Positions 40,513 through 40,986 of a stretch of 40,986 nt of DNA are shown here, in pieces. The position numbers and the translations under genes are program-made. Location: the NCBI GenBank assembly GCA_001275005.1, contig JWZX01003091.1:1-40986 (forward strand). The letters are read 5' to 3'. The stretch's first letter is position 1, and each line of letters opens with the position of its first letter. This DNA is from Chrysochromulina tobinii. Lineage: Eukaryota. Below the pieces are notes generated by a model that was not told where the DNA came from, searched no databases, and saw nothing but the letters and a program-made list of their open reading frames with translations.

Positions 40513-40986
40513 GGGCGAGAGACAGGTTTCGTTTTGGGACGGTTTCATCCTCAAGACAACTTTTGCGTACCTCCGAAGTCCGAACAGTACCTCCGGTTCA
40601 GTTCGGTTCAGTTACCTCCGAATCTCATGGCTCCAAGGCGGCGGTGACGCCTGGGGGACCGATGCTAGGCCGCTTGGAACTGCTAGAGCGGGCTTGCCAC
40701 CTAAGAAAAAATGCTTAATGGCTGTTACGGTGTTCTACTTGTAGAGTTGTGCACACAGGCCAGCGAAGCACCCACAGAAAGTTCAGTTCAGTTCAGTTTC
40801 TTCGCGGTCCCCCACAGAAAATAATGACTGCACGGTTCCTCCGTACCCGATTTTGTCACGATGTGTCGCGAAAAGGAATTTTTACTTACTACATGTACCT
40901 GGCCACTTTTTCGGAAAATGTGGCCGGCCAACAAAATGGCCAACTTTTGCGTATTATCGCAACCCGCAACCAAAAATAGCCGACCA

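Noticed and set aside
38083..40647. Long + strand ORFs (504, 397 and 346 aa)
   Set aside because: Antisense shadows of the GC-rich, repetitive SAM-HET-ARM gene; Arg-rich or otherwise implausible translations
1..40986. rRNA, tRNA, or an autonomous transposase/reverse transcriptase gene
   Set aside because: No recognisable motifs; any enzyme driving the intron cassettes must be encoded elsewhere

Overview
This is GC-rich eukaryotic nuclear DNA with spliceosomal GT-AG introns. The intron style and gene repertoire suggest a haptophyte alga (Chrysochromulina-like; inference). Genes in order: a 3'-truncated tandem sulfotransferase (-); an orphan, frameshifted DEAH-helicase 3' fragment (+); a ~2,900-aa FG-GAP/Cys-rich/multi-TM receptor-like protein (+); an SLC25A39/40-type mitochondrial carrier (-); a SET-domain methyltransferase (+); LipB (+); a hypothetical protein (-); a GT31-like glycosyltransferase (+); a ~16.7-kb gene with about 40 introns encoding IPT/TIG repeats and an L-type lectin domain (+); and an intronless SAM-HET(TIR-like)-ARM protein (-). 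Two signals stand out. (1) Many introns share one design: a ~12-46 nt duplicate of the adjacent exon supplies one splice site, and a short recurring cassette supplies the branch point and the other site. Cassettes include a 30-mer bounded by CTGATGA...TCATCAG inverted repeats and a GCATGCAAGTGCTCA...CCCACAG family. Some introns are stacked with zero-length exons. This looks like an active intron-generating process with unusually long target duplications. (2) The last gene carries the SARM1 domain set (SAM, TIR-related HET, ARM) in a different order, with a myristoylation-type N-terminus and hypervariable ARM repeats. It is a candidate algal immune or cell-death receptor. All splice models and domain calls were made by eye, without database searches.
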